DNA of 29,288 nt from Fimbriimonadales bacterium (GTDB lineage: Bacteria; Armatimonadota; Fimbriimonadia; Fimbriimonadales; JABRVX01), in NCBI GenBank assembly GCA_045862955.1, contig BTVI01000038.1:1-29288 (forward strand), given 5' to 3'. This document shows, in pieces, positions 8,165-17,548 of the stretch. The position numbers and the translations under genes were made by a program. The first letter of the stretch is position 1, and each line of letters starts with the position of its first letter. The notes below the pieces were generated by a model that saw only the letters and a list, made by a program, of their open reading frames with translations, did no database searches and was not told the origin of the DNA.

Positions 8165-9892
8165 CTACGATGGATGAGCGTCTTCGATTTCTTCGAGCTT
8201 CAGCTTTTTCGGGATTTCGAAGATGAAGGTGGAGCCGACGCCGACCTCGGACTCTGCCCATATCTTCCCTTGGTGCAGGACCTCTACCAGGTGCTTGACG
8301 AGGAACAGGCCGAGGCCGGTTCCGTACACCTTACGGTTGTCCCGGTTGTCCACTCGGTGGAACTTTTCGAACACCTTACTCAGGTGCTCCTTCGGGATAC
8401 CCATGCCTTGGTCGCTCACGCTCAACCGCACCTTATCTCCGAGGTCTTCGAGCTTGACCCGGATGTCGCCGCCGTTGGGCGAGTACTTGATCGCGTTGCT
8501 GAGCAGGTTGGTGATGACCTGGTCTAGCTTGTCCTCGTCGCCGATGATGGTGTCCATCTTCTCGGGCGCATCGAGGTAGAGCTTATGGCGCGAGGTCGCT
8601 TGGCGCTGGATCATTACGACCTTCTGCGCGAGCTCCTTAATGTCCACGTCCGTGTAGTGCGGCTTCAGGGACTCGCCTGCTTCGATTCGGGCGATATTGA
8701 GCAGGTCGTTGATGAGGCGCGTAAGCCGGTCGCACTCCTGGTCTATGATGCCGTAGAACTCGCGGCGCTCGCTCTCTTCGAATCCTGCGTCGTCCATCAA
8801 GAGTGTGGAGATGAAGCCCTTGATGGCGGTCAGGGGAGTTCTCAGCTCGTGAGAGACGGTGGCCACGAAGGACGACTTCATTCGCTCGATGTTGCGAATG
8901 TCCGTGAAGTCGTTGAAGATGGCGACGATGCCGATGGGCTTTCCGTCCTCGTTTCGCACGGGTGCGCTTTGGACCTGGAAGATGCGCTCGTGCCCGTCCT
9001 CTGAGAAAGTGAGCTCCGCTCCTGCTCCGAACTCCTCCGCCTCACCGCCTTTGAGTGCGGCCAGGCCGCGCCGGAACATCTCGACGGCGCCTTCGTGATG
9101 GAAAACTTCGTCGAAGCGCTTGCCGTTTACGTCGCCCTGAATATTGAAGATCTGACGGGCCGAGGAGTTCATCTGGGTTATTCGACCCTCGGCGCTGACT
9201 AGGACGAGGCCGGCGTATAGGCTCTCGATGGTCTGCAGGAGTTCTTTGCGCTCCTCCACCACTTCCTGGTAGATGCGCATGTTAGTGATGACTGCGGCGA
9301 GGCTGCTGGCTAGCCTCTCGAGCAGTCGCACGTCTTCGTCGTTGAACTCCTCACCGTGCCGCTTGTTCCAAACGTGGAGGACGCCGATGGTCTGGCGGTC
9401 TATGACCCGGTTCTGCTCATCGCGCTTCTCGACGATGAGCGGCACGGTCACGCCATTGTAGATGTTGTAGTAAGCGACGTTTTCCTTGATGGTGCGGGGG
9501 TCGCGAACCGCGTCGAGGAATATCTGCGGTCGGCCTTCTCGGAAGACCTGCCCCGAGATGCCCTGGGTCGCCCGAACCCTCAGGGAACGGATGGTATCTT
9601 CGTCGACACCGTAAGCGGGCGGCATAGCCACCAGCTCGCCGCTCTCCCTCTCGTAGAGCATCCAGACGGTCTTCTCCGCTTGCAAAATCATGGCGATGCG
9701 CTGCACGAGACGGCGCAGCGTCATCTCCATTTCGTCGAGCGGGGTTGCCTCGATGCCCGAGTCGGGGGCTGCCTTCGTGGCCTGCAGACTGGTGTTACGC
9801 TGGTTGAGCTCTGCAATCTGTCGCTTGGCTTCTTCGAGCTGAGCTCGGAGCTGTTCGACTTCGGACTGCAGGGCGACGGTGTCGTTGTTCAT
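8165..9892 (-). CDS. Cytoplasmic sensor histidine kinase (coiled coil-GAF-PAS-HisKA-HATPase)
   Basis: H-box SHELRTPL, N-box NLLSNAIKYS, G1 DQGMGI, F-box VFEKF, G2 GTGLGL; GAF features GISGQVF, VPL, IGVLHVWNK, FNDEDVRLL. No TM segment. Start is 9892 or 9940. Confidence 0.93.
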   Translation of the reverse strand: MNNDTVALQSEVEQLRAQLEEAKRQIAELNQRNTSLQATKAAPDSGIEATPLDEMEMTLRRLVQRIAMILQAEKTVWMLYERESGELVAMPPAYGVDEDTIRSLRVRATQGISGQVFREGRPQIFLDAVRDPRTIKENVAYYNIYNGVTVPLIVEKRDEQNRVIDRQTIGVLHVWNKRHGEEFNDEDVRLLERLASSLAAVITNMRIYQEVVEERKELLQTIESLYAGLVLVSAEGRITQMNSSARQIFNIQGDVNGKRFDEVFHHEGAVEMFRRGLAALKGGEAEEFGAGAELTFSEDGHERIFQVQSAPVRNEDGKPIGIVAIFNDFTDIRNIERMKSSFVATVSHELRTPLTAIKGFISTLLMDDAGFEESERREFYGIIDQECDRLTRLINDLLNIARIEAGESLKPHYTDVDIKELAQKVVMIQRQATSRHKLYLDAPEKMDTIIGDEDKLDQVITNLLSNAIKYSPNGGDIRVKLEDLGDKVRLSVSDQGMGIPKEHLSKVFEKFHRVDNRDNRKVYGTGLGLFLVKHLVEVLHQGKIWAESEVGVGSTFIFEIPKKLKLEEIEDAHPS

Positions 9893-9957
9893 GCTTACTG
9901 GGTCCGGACTCCGCGAGTTTGACGCCAAATCGTATCGCATCCTATGGTGAGAGACGG

Positions 9958-9963
9958 ATTATA
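9958..9963 (-). promoter_or_regulatory. Putative sigma70 -10 element (TATAAT) for the histidine kinase
   Basis: Minus strand reads GGTATAAT shortly upstream of the kinase ORF. Confidence 0.5.
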
Positions 9964-10113
9964 CCGGTCCGTTTGTTCTCTCCGCCTAGGACGACCCTAC
10001 GAGAGGCAGGGCCGCGCCTGACGTTGGGGTTGCGGCGCCCTACTCCCACGTCCATTACGGCAACGGTGCTGCCGATGGACCTAGAGAAACTCCTGAAAAA
10101 ACGCTGGCGGGCA

Positions 10114-10142
10114 TGGAGATTCTGTGATTCGTGCTGTATAAT
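10114..10142 (+). promoter_or_regulatory. Putative sigma70 promoter (TGGAGA-N17-TATAAT) upstream of the PEP-CTERM gene
   Basis: Perfect TATAAT at 10137-10142 and a 4/6 -35 match at 10114-10119 with 17-nt spacing. Confidence 0.5.
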
Positions 10143-10278
10143 GGCTCTAGGCTCGCGAGTAGACGAGCTGCGATCTTCATTTACTGCCTCTTTCTTCCGC
10201 CCCGTGGGTGGTGGCCGAGTGTGCCATGTGCCCACAGGCCTTCTTGGTACCGTAATCGTTGGGCAATGAGTCGGTGTG

Positions 10279-10295
10279 TTGGCACAGCTTGTGCT
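10279..10295 (+). promoter_or_regulatory. Putative sigma54 (-24/-12) promoter
   Basis: TTGGCACAGCTTGTGCT: GG at 10281-10282, N10, GC at 10293-10294; close to the consensus TGGCACG-N4-TTGCW. Confidence 0.6.
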
Positions 10296-10371
10296 TGCGC
10301 GCAAGCGTAGAGCCGTATCTGTTGGCTCTGTCCAATTCGGTTTGCAAACCAGAGTAAAGGAAGGGTTGAGT

Positions 10372-11052
10372 ATGGCTTTCAATTCCGCTATGGCGAACCG
10401 GTTCGCGATCGCAGCAGCCATCTGCTTTTGCTCCGCGGCCGCAATGGCGGTGCCCGTCTATACGGATCCGGACGGTGGCAACCTTGACATAACGTTCCTC
10501 AATCCGGGCGGGGCGGCCGGCGACTTCGTGACGCTGATTCCCGACGCGTTTTCTGTGGGGACCGTGAAGCTCGGTTTCTGGGTGTTCACTCTTAGTGACG
10601 AAGCGGGGTACTTCTACACTTACCAGCTGGTAAACATCGATGCCGGCTCGATCGGCCAGGGACCTGGTTCAGCGTCACTTAGGTTCTTCGAGCTTTTCAA
10701 CATAGCGCCACACACTGTGCTGGGCCTCGGTGGGGGCAAGCATGGGGGTGCCGTGTACACCCCATGGGTCTACGTCGGCGACAACCTGTCAACGGCTACC
10801 TGGGTAGGCACGGGGAGTTCGTCGATCGACCCGGGAGAGACTTCGCCTGCAGTTCCCGATACCGCCGAGATGTATCAGATCCATAGTCTCGCTGGGCCGG
10901 GGAGCGGCATGCTCTACATCGCCACCTCATCGGGCGGAGGTTACACGGGCCAGTCGGTCAACGTGTGGGTTCCGGTTCCGGAGCCGGGGACCATCGCTGG
11001 ACTGCTGGCCGGTGGCCTTGGCCTCTGGGGCCTGTCTCGCAGGCGCAAGTAG
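10372..11052 (+). CDS. PEP-CTERM sorting-domain surface protein
   Basis: Signal peptide ending AAAMA; C-terminal VPVPEPGTIAGLLAGGLGLWGLSRRRK (PEP + TM helix + basic tail). SD-like AAAGGAAGG precedes ATG 10372. Confidence 0.92.
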   Translation: MAFNSAMANRFAIAAAICFCSAAAMAVPVYTDPDGGNLDITFLNPGGAAGDFVTLIPDAFSVGTVKLGFWVFTLSDEAGYFYTYQLVNIDAGSIGQGPGSASLRFFELFNIAPHTVLGLGGGKHGGAVYTPWVYVGDNLSTATWVGTGSSSIDPGETSPAVPDTAEMYQIHSLAGPGSGMLYIATSSGGGYTGQSVNVWVPVPEPGTIAGLLAGGLGLWGLSRRRK

Positions 11053-11084
11053 CTTCGATTCGGCTCCGCGGAGTTCTAGGAACT

Positions 11085-11110
11085 GGGCCGCCCAACGCGT
11101 GGGGCGGCCC
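11085..11110. terminator. Hairpin between the convergent PEP-CTERM gene and aroC
   Basis: GGGCCGCCC / GGGCGGCCC 9-bp stem with an 8-nt loop; weak U tail. Confidence 0.55.
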
Positions 11111-11111
11111 T

Positions 11112-12212
11112 TCATCTTGCCTCGCTGCCTGAGCCGCACTGAGCCTGGTGCAGCAGGGCGGCGTCCAAGAGAACGAGCGCCGTCATCGCCTCGACGATGG
11201 GCACGGCACGCGGGAGCACGCAGGGGTCGTGGCGGCCTTTCGCCTGGAACGAAGTGGCCTCCCGGTGTACGTTGACAGTCTCCTGAGGCTTCAGAATCGT
11301 AGCCGTCGGCTTGAATGCGGCACGAAAGAGCACCGGCTCTCCATTCGTAATCCCTCCCTGAATACCACCGGAGCGATTCGTTCGGGTCCTCACCTGCTTC
11401 TCCGTGTCGGCGTAGAACGGATCGTTGTGCTGGCTTCCAAGCAGTGCAGTCCCACCGAATCCGGAGCCGACCTCGAATCCCTTGCAGGCTGGAATGCTAA
11501 GCATTGCGGCGCCGAGCCGAGCCTCGAGCTTGTCGAATACCGGGTCGCCCCAACCGGGAGGTACGCCCCGTGCGACGCAGCCTACGACGCCTCCGAGCGA
11601 GTCGCCGTCCTTTCGAGCCTGCTCGATTGCCGCAGCCATCCGTTCGGCCACATCGGGCTCAGGACACCTTGTCGGATGGGCATCCACAAGCTCGCGCGAC
11701 ACGGCATCGGTATCAATGTCAGCCCGAAGACCGGCGACGCTCTCGACATAGGCTACGATGCTGACGCCGAAGCGCTCACGGAGCAGCTTCTGAGCTATCG
11801 CGCCGGCTGCGACCCTTCCTACGGTTTCTCGTGCGCTGGCCCTTCCGCCGCCTTGCCATGCCCGCACCCCGTACTTGGCCTCGTAGGTGTAGTCGGCGTG
11901 GCTCGGACGATATAGGTAGCGAATCTCCTCGTAGTCTCGGCTTCGAGCATCCTCGTTTCGTACCAGCAGAAGGATCGGGGTTCCTAGCGTCACTCCGTCC
12001 GAGACCCCGGAGAGGATCTCGACTCGGTCCGACTCCTTCCTCTGAGACACGAGGCGGCTCTGGCCGGGCCGGCGCCGGTCCAACTCCACCTGGATGTCCT
12101 GCTCGGAGAGTTCGAGCCGAGGCGGGCAGCCATCCACGACTGCGCCCACTCCCCCACCGTGGGACTCCCCGAAGGTCGTGACTCGGAAGACGCGCCCGAA
12201 GGTGTTGCCCAT
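11112..12212 (-). CDS. aroC: Chorismate synthase
   Basis: [78 protein letters not shown]. Confidence 0.98.
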   Translation of the reverse strand: MGNTFGRVFRVTTFGESHGGGVGAVVDGCPPRLELSEQDIQVELDRRRPGQSRLVSQRKESDRVEILSGVSDGVTLGTPILLLVRNEDARSRDYEEIRYLYRPSHADYTYEAKYGVRAWQGGGRASARETVGRVAAGAIAQKLLRERFGVSIVAYVESVAGLRADIDTDAVSRELVDAHPTRCPEPDVAERMAAAIEQARKDGDSLGGVVGCVARGVPPGWGDPVFDKLEARLGAAMLSIPACKGFEVGSGFGGTALLGSQHNDPFYADTEKQVRTRTNRSGGIQGGITNGEPVLFRAAFKPTATILKPQETVNVHREATSFQAKGRHDPCVLPRAVPIVEAMTALVLLDAALLHQAQCGSGSEAR

Positions 12213-12313
12213 GCCCACATTCTAGCCTGATTGGGGCCGCCTCCGCAGTGGGAATGGCATGGGGTAGAGTAACCGGGTTGCGGTCGCGACGCTCGGCCGC
12301 AGAAGGAGCGAAC

Positions 12314-13621
12314 GTGCCGACACTGGTTATCGTGGGCGCCCAGTGGGGCGACGAGGCGAAGGGCAAGATCGTGGACCTGCTGAGCTCCGAAGCGGACCTC
12401 ATCGTCCGCTTCACGGGTGGACACAACGCGGGCCATACGGTTCTAGTTGGCGAGCGGCTGGTGAAGTTCCACCTGCTGCCAGCAGGGATGCTGCACCCCG
12501 GCGCACGGGGGGTCCTTACCTCGGCTACGGCGATTTGCCCTAAGACGCTCGTCAGGGAGCTCGAGACCTTTGGAGAGGCTGTCACGCCGGATCGGCTTTG
12601 CATCTCTCGCGCCGCGCATGTCGTGCTGCCCTATCACGCACTGCAAGATGCCGCTGAGGAAGCGTCGCGGGGCAGTCGCAAGCTCGGGACGACCCGCCGT
12701 GGCATCGGCCCGTGCGCCATGGACAAAGCGGCACGAACGGGGCTGCGCATGTGCGAGTTCGTGGATGACGAGAGGCGCAGCACACTCTTGAGCGCTCTCA
12801 TCGAGGCGAAGAACCAGGTGCTGTGCAACGCAGGCGTCGAGCCCTTGGACGTGGGCCGGACTCTGGCCGAGTACGACGGTTACGCGCGAGTTCTGCGGCC
12901 ATACGTAGGTGAAGCCGAGGTCGTCGTTGCCGAGGCGGCGGCTGCAGGGCAGCGAGTGCTTTTCGAAGGTGCGCACGGCACGCTGTTGGACATCAACCTG
13001 GGCACTTATCCATACGTGACCTCCACGTGCACCACGGCAGGAGGTGCTGCAATCGGTACCGGGATCGGCCCACGGCAGATCGATCATGTCTTGGGGGTCG
13101 TGAAGGCGTACACCACTCGCGTTGGAGAAGGGCCGATGCCGACGGAGCTGCTCGGCGAGGAGGGAGACCGGCTACGCGAGCAGGGTCAGGAGTACGGAAC
13201 GACGACGGGCAGGCCGAGACGGTGCGGCCACCTAGACTTGGTGGGTCTGCGGTTCGCAGCCCGAGTCAACGGCTTCGACTCGATAGCTGTGACCCGTCTC
13301 GACGTCTTGTCTGGCTTATCGGAGCTGTCCGTGTGCGTGGCATACGAAGTGGACGGACAGACGCTGGAGCACTTCCCAACCGATACGGCTGTACTAGCGC
13401 GGTGCCGCCCCGTCTACAGAAAGGTCGCGGGCTGGACAGCCGACATCAGTACGGCAAAGTCGGAGACGGAGCTTCCGGAAGCTGCCCGAAGCTACCTCGG
13501 CATCATCTCCGAGGCTGTCGGCTGCCCGGTCTCGATCATCAGCGTGGGGCCGGAACGAGAGCAAACCATCTTGCGGGATACGTCACATTCGTGGATTTCG
13601 AGTGCATCCATAGCAATCTAA
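12314..13621 (+). CDS. purA: Adenylosuccinate synthetase
   Basis: GAQWGDEAKGK, GGHNAGHT, GTTRRGIGP, GTYPYVTS, KAYTTRVGEGP, EYGTTTGRPRRCG. SD AAGGAG precedes GTG 12314. Confidence 0.98.
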   Translation: MPTLVIVGAQWGDEAKGKIVDLLSSEADLIVRFTGGHNAGHTVLVGERLVKFHLLPAGMLHPGARGVLTSATAICPKTLVRELETFGEAVTPDRLCISRAAHVVLPYHALQDAAEEASRGSRKLGTTRRGIGPCAMDKAARTGLRMCEFVDDERRSTLLSALIEAKNQVLCNAGVEPLDVGRTLAEYDGYARVLRPYVGEAEVVVAEAAAAGQRVLFEGAHGTLLDINLGTYPYVTSTCTTAGGAAIGTGIGPRQIDHVLGVVKAYTTRVGEGPMPTELLGEEGDRLREQGQEYGTTTGRPRRCGHLDLVGLRFAARVNGFDSIAVTRLDVLSGLSELSVCVAYEVDGQTLEHFPTDTAVLARCRPVYRKVAGWTADISTAKSETELPEAARSYLGIISEAVGCPVSIISVGPEREQTILRDTSHSWISSASIAI

Positions 13622-13704
13622 CGGGTCCCGCAGGACGAAAACCGGTGTAAACTGGAAACGTCCGCCCTTCAAGACCGTCTAAGATGGGCGGAGGACGATG
13701 CGTC

Positions 13705-14409
13705 ATGCGAAAGAGGAGTGGAGTCTCTGGTTCGACCCTTGTAGCGGTCGTGATGGGGCTAGTCGTAGGCACGGCCATCACGGTCCAGGAGCTCCGTTCC
13801 CGGGAGCTTGCGGAGCACCCAGAGACCGCCGCGAACATGCTCGCGACACCGCGCGAGTTCGCTTCCCGAGTAGACCCGCAAGCTTTCATCCCTGGCTTCG
13901 ACCCGGACGAGGACGTGGATCGGGTGCTGCAGGTCCTGGCCGAAGCGGAGGACGAGTCTCAGGCGCAGCGCCAGACGCCCCGGGTAGCACAAGCCCCGAA
14001 GATGTCGAGCCCCGCTCCAGCCAAGAAGGTGCTTGCCCAAGCTCCCAAGCCGACTCCACCGGCACCAGTGGCGGAGCGGTCCGACCCTCGACTCAGCCTG
14101 CGTGACCTGGAGGAGTTGAAGCAACGGCTGATGGCCTATGCCGACGTTTCCAGCGAAACCGGCGAGCAGGTTGCTTCGAGCGAAGCGGACATTCGGCCAG
14201 CTGCCTCGCCAGAGATGCGCACGGTGGCGACCTTCCTCGTAATGAAGCAGTCTGGTCCGAGGGTCCTGGTGTGTGTGCGGGACCGTTTTGGGACCCAGGT
14301 GTATGAACTGGAGCTGAGCGGGGACATGGCCACTCGCCTGAGTCAAGACGCGCCATCGGTGGGTGACAAACCCGCCTTGCTACTGTTTCAACGCTTCCTC
14401 TTGCCGTAG
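13705..14409 (+). CDS. Hypothetical membrane-anchored or exported protein with a Pro/Ala-rich linker
   Basis: SD GGAGG at 13690-13694; basic N-terminus, one hydrophobic helix, and a PAPAKK..PKPTPPAP linker. Confidence 0.65.
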   Translation: MRKRSGVSGSTLVAVVMGLVVGTAITVQELRSRELAEHPETAANMLATPREFASRVDPQAFIPGFDPDEDVDRVLQVLAEAEDESQAQRQTPRVAQAPKMSSPAPAKKVLAQAPKPTPPAPVAERSDPRLSLRDLEELKQRLMAYADVSSETGEQVASSEADIRPAASPEMRTVATFLVMKQSGPRVLVCVRDRFGTQVYELELSGDMATRLSQDAPSVGDKPALLLFQRFLLP

Positions 14410-14454
14410 TCGGGACACTCGGTCCGAAACTGCCACGCTGCTACAATGCACCTC

Positions 14455-14943
14455 GTGGCAAACAGTCGTACCAGCTTCGAGCCCCTTCGTGGCGTGACCG
14501 ACGTGCGTGTGCGAACGGGGCTCTGTCACCTACGCCTCGAGGGCCTGGGGCGTGAGGACCTAATGACCCGACGCCTTCACGCGTTGCAGTGCCTTCGGGA
14601 CGCAGGCGTGAAAATTGACTTTCTAAAACTCACTGCCGATGGCTTCGCCTGTGTGGTGGTAGAGGAGGACGCTGCGAAAGCCATTGAGGCACTGGCACAG
14701 GGTGACGGTCGCGTGGCAGAGTCGCATGGCCGAGCGCTCCTTTCTGTCCACTGCGTGAACATCCGCGATCAGGTGGGGATCGTCGCCAAGATCGTGGAGG
14801 CGGCGACCGCAGCTGGTGCGCGCATCGAGCAGGTGGGTGACTCCCATGACCGCATCCTGTTAGTGGTGGAGCAAGAGGCTGGGAACAAGGCGGCGGACGC
14901 ACTCCGAGCAGCATTCCAGTTGGGGGCTCTCAATGCGGATTAG
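14455..14943 (+). CDS. Stand-alone tandem-ACT protein resembling an aspartokinase regulatory (beta) subunit
   Basis: AGVKIDFLKL...ALLSVHCVNIRDQVGIVAKIVEA...QVGDSHDRILLVV...AADALRAAFQL parallels the DapG C-terminus. Its stop overlaps the aspartokinase start. Start is GTG 14455 or ATG 14446. Confidence 0.8.
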   Translation: MANSRTSFEPLRGVTDVRVRTGLCHLRLEGLGREDLMTRRLHALQCLRDAGVKIDFLKLTADGFACVVVEEDAAKAIEALAQGDGRVAESHGRALLSVHCVNIRDQVGIVAKIVEAATAAGARIEQVGDSHDRILLVVEQEAGNKAADALRAAFQLGALNAD

Positions 14944-16291
14944 GGTCCTGAAGTTCGGCGGCACCAGCATAGACGACATCGGCCACCGCCACCAGGCAGC
15001 TCTGAAGGTGATCCGGGCGAAGGAGGATGGCTATGCACCCGTGGTGGTGGTGAGTGCGCCGGGGCGGGCCGGGGCTCCGTACGCCACCGATACGCTCGTG
15101 AATGCGCTGCGCGAGGCCGACCCCGCCGTGCCGCCCCACCCGCGAGAGCTAGACATGCTGATGGCGTGCGGGGAGATACTGTCCGCCGTGATGTTCTCGC
15201 ACCTGCTCGTGGTTCTGGGCCATCCGGCCACGGCGTTCACCGGTGGTCAGGCGGGGATCGTTACGGATGCGGTCTTCGGGAACGCTCGCATCCTAGAGGT
15301 CAACCCTACTGACCTGCTGAGCGTGCTCCGCGAAGGACGGATCGCGGTGGTGTGCGGGTTTCAGGGAGTTTCGGCGCCGCCCGAGGGCGCCGTGCACGGC
15401 TCGCTGACCACTCTGGGCCGCGGAGGAAGCGACACGACGGCAGCTGCCCTCGGCGCCGCGCTGAAGGCCGAGGCCGTGGACATCTACACGGACGTGGACG
15501 GCGTGAAGACGGCGGACCCGAAGTTCGTGCCCGACGCGCCGACGCTTCGGCGCCTCACCTACGAGGAGGTTGCGGAGCTGTCTCACTTGGGCGCGAAGGT
15601 GCTCCATCCGCGCGCAGCCGAGATTGCGATGATGCACCGCATCCCGCTCTGGGTGCGGAACACGTTCACCAATGATCCGGGCACGCAAATCGTGCCGTCG
15701 GACGAGTTTCCGGGGCGGCGGATCACCGGCTTGACCAGCTCCGGGCAGTCGGTGTTCCTGCACTTCACGCTGTCGGACGATCGAGATGCGCGGCGGATCG
15801 AGACCGAGATATTCCGCCTGCTCGGGGACGAGGACATCGTGCTGCTGATGCTGGGTATCGGTCCGCGGGGCTTTTCGTTCGCGGTGCCACGAACGCAGTA
15901 TCCACGCGTGCGTGACCTGCTGGATGGGCTGGTGATCCCGTGCGATGACGGCAAACGCATGCACATCGTGCAGATAGGAACACTGGGGAGCCCGACTGCG
16001 CAGGCGCAATTCAACCTGCTGATGAAGTCGGGGTGCGCGCAAGACATCGGCTTCGTCACCGCAGAGGTCACGGAGAACTGCACAGTGGTGTCACTGGTAG
16101 CCTACAACTACCTCGACCAGCCGGGGGTGTACTACGACGTGCTGTCGGCGCTGCACGCGGCAGGAGTGCCGGTGTGGCAGACGGCGGACAGCGAGAACTC
16201 CATCTCGTGTCTGGTGCCGGAGACCGATGCGAAGCGCGCCGTCTCCGCCCTCCACGACCATTTCCGCTTGTCGGAGCAGGTGGAGGACTAG
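14933..16291 (+). CDS. dapG: Aspartate kinase, DapG/aspartokinase-I type
   Basis: KFGGTS, VVVSAPGRAGAPYATDTL, TTLGRGGSDTTA, YTDVDGVKTADP, GAKVLHPRA, and a C-terminal ACT pair (QTADSENSISCLV..AVSALHDHF). Confidence 0.9.
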   Translation: MRIRVLKFGGTSIDDIGHRHQAALKVIRAKEDGYAPVVVVSAPGRAGAPYATDTLVNALREADPAVPPHPRELDMLMACGEILSAVMFSHLLVVLGHPATAFTGGQAGIVTDAVFGNARILEVNPTDLLSVLREGRIAVVCGFQGVSAPPEGAVHGSLTTLGRGGSDTTAAALGAALKAEAVDIYTDVDGVKTADPKFVPDAPTLRRLTYEEVAELSHLGAKVLHPRAAEIAMMHRIPLWVRNTFTNDPGTQIVPSDEFPGRRITGLTSSGQSVFLHFTLSDDRDARRIETEIFRLLGDEDIVLLMLGIGPRGFSFAVPRTQYPRVRDLLDGLVIPCDDGKRMHIVQIGTLGSPTAQAQFNLLMKSGCAQDIGFVTAEVTENCTVVSLVAYNYLDQPGVYYDVLSALHAAGVPVWQTADSENSISCLVPETDAKRAVSALHDHFRLSEQVED

Positions 16292-16299
16292 TTCTGCGC

Positions 16300-17277
16300 T
16301 TAGGTCCAGTCTCCGAGGTAGAGGACTTCCTCTTCGAGGAGCACGCCGAAGCGGTCGTGGACGCGGCGCTTGACGAGCTCGGCCAGTGTACGGAGGTCTC
16401 GTGCGGACGCGCCGCGGCGGTTCATCAGAAAGTTGGCGTGTTTGGGGGACACCCAGGCACCACCGACACTCTCACCCTTGAGACCCGCTTCCATGATTAG
16501 GTAGCCCGCGGGGACGACGCCCGCCTGCTTCATCTCGTCGGGGAGTGCTGAAAGACGCTCCGCCAGGGACCGGTCGTACACGTTCTTGAAGAAGGACCCG
16601 GCGGAGGGGCCGGGGGGCTGCTTCATGCGGCGTTGCCTTTGGAACTCGCTTGCGCGGGAATAGATGGCTGCGGGGTCGTCGGGCGTGAGGCGGAGCGTGA
16701 CGGAGACGAGCACTCCCTGTCGGGTGCCCCTGCGGAGGCAGGAGTCGCGGTAGCTGAACTCGAGCCACTCCGGCCCGACCTGCTTGCGCTGGCCACCCTC
16801 TACCACTTCGACACTGGTGACGAGGTCCCCGATATTGGCGCGGTAGGCGCCCGCGTTGGACACTAGCGCGCCACCCACCGTACCGGGGATGCCCACAGCA
16901 AACTCCAGGCCGCCGAGGCCCGCCTGTGCGGCAGCGAGGAACAGGTCTTGGAACCAGACGCCGCAATCCACACGGGTTTCCTCGCCCACCTGCATGCGGC
17001 CGGTGCATGCGTGGATGACCAGGCCGGGCACACCCTGGTCGGAGACCAAGACGTTGGAGCCGGAGCCGAGGACGGTGTAGGAGATGGCGAGCTGTTGGGC
17101 GAGGATTGCTGCCTCGGCGAGCTGGTCGGCGTCGTAGGTAGAAACGAGGTACTGGGCGGGGCCGCCGACGAGGAGCGTGGTGCGCGGGCGTAGGGAGACA
17201 CGTTGGCGCACCGCCTCGGGCCGGGAGAGGCCAGCGCGGAAGGCTCGGATTCGCTCGTCGAGTTCCACCGAGGACAT
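16300..17277 (-). CDS. murB: UDP-N-acetylenolpyruvoylglucosamine reductase
   Basis: LGSGSNVLVSD, GIPGTVGGA, NAGAY, FSYRDS, KQP..SAGSFFKN, KHANF, EEEV. The true start may be GTG 17268. Confidence 0.96.
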   Translation of the reverse strand: MSSVELDERIRAFRAGLSRPEAVRQRVSLRPRTTLLVGGPAQYLVSTYDADQLAEAAILAQQLAISYTVLGSGSNVLVSDQGVPGLVIHACTGRMQVGEETRVDCGVWFQDLFLAAAQAGLGGLEFAVGIPGTVGGALVSNAGAYRANIGDLVTSVEVVEGGQRKQVGPEWLEFSYRDSCLRRGTRQGVLVSVTLRLTPDDPAAIYSRASEFQRQRRMKQPPGPSAGSFFKNVYDRSLAERLSALPDEMKQAGVVPAGYLIMEAGLKGESVGGAWVSPKHANFLMNRRGASARDLRTLAELVKRRVHDRFGVLLEEEVLYLGDWT

Positions 17278-17548
17278 GATACCGTGGGGGGGTGCCCCGG
17301 CGCGGTCCTTCGGTTCGATTCCGGTGCTCCCTGACTGCTAGTAGGCGGACGCGGGCCGGGGCATGGAGTCCCGTGATGATGCAGTGGGGGCGGCTGAAGC
17401 ATGGTGAGCGAGACGCGTCGCAGGGACTGCGAAACTACCGGGTGGGAAGGAACGATTTGAAGGTAGGTCGCGTTCGCCTTTTCGTACGCATGTTTAGCGT
17501 AGCCACGGATTGGTCCCGGCAACCCGGGACGGAAAGGAGCGGCAGAAT

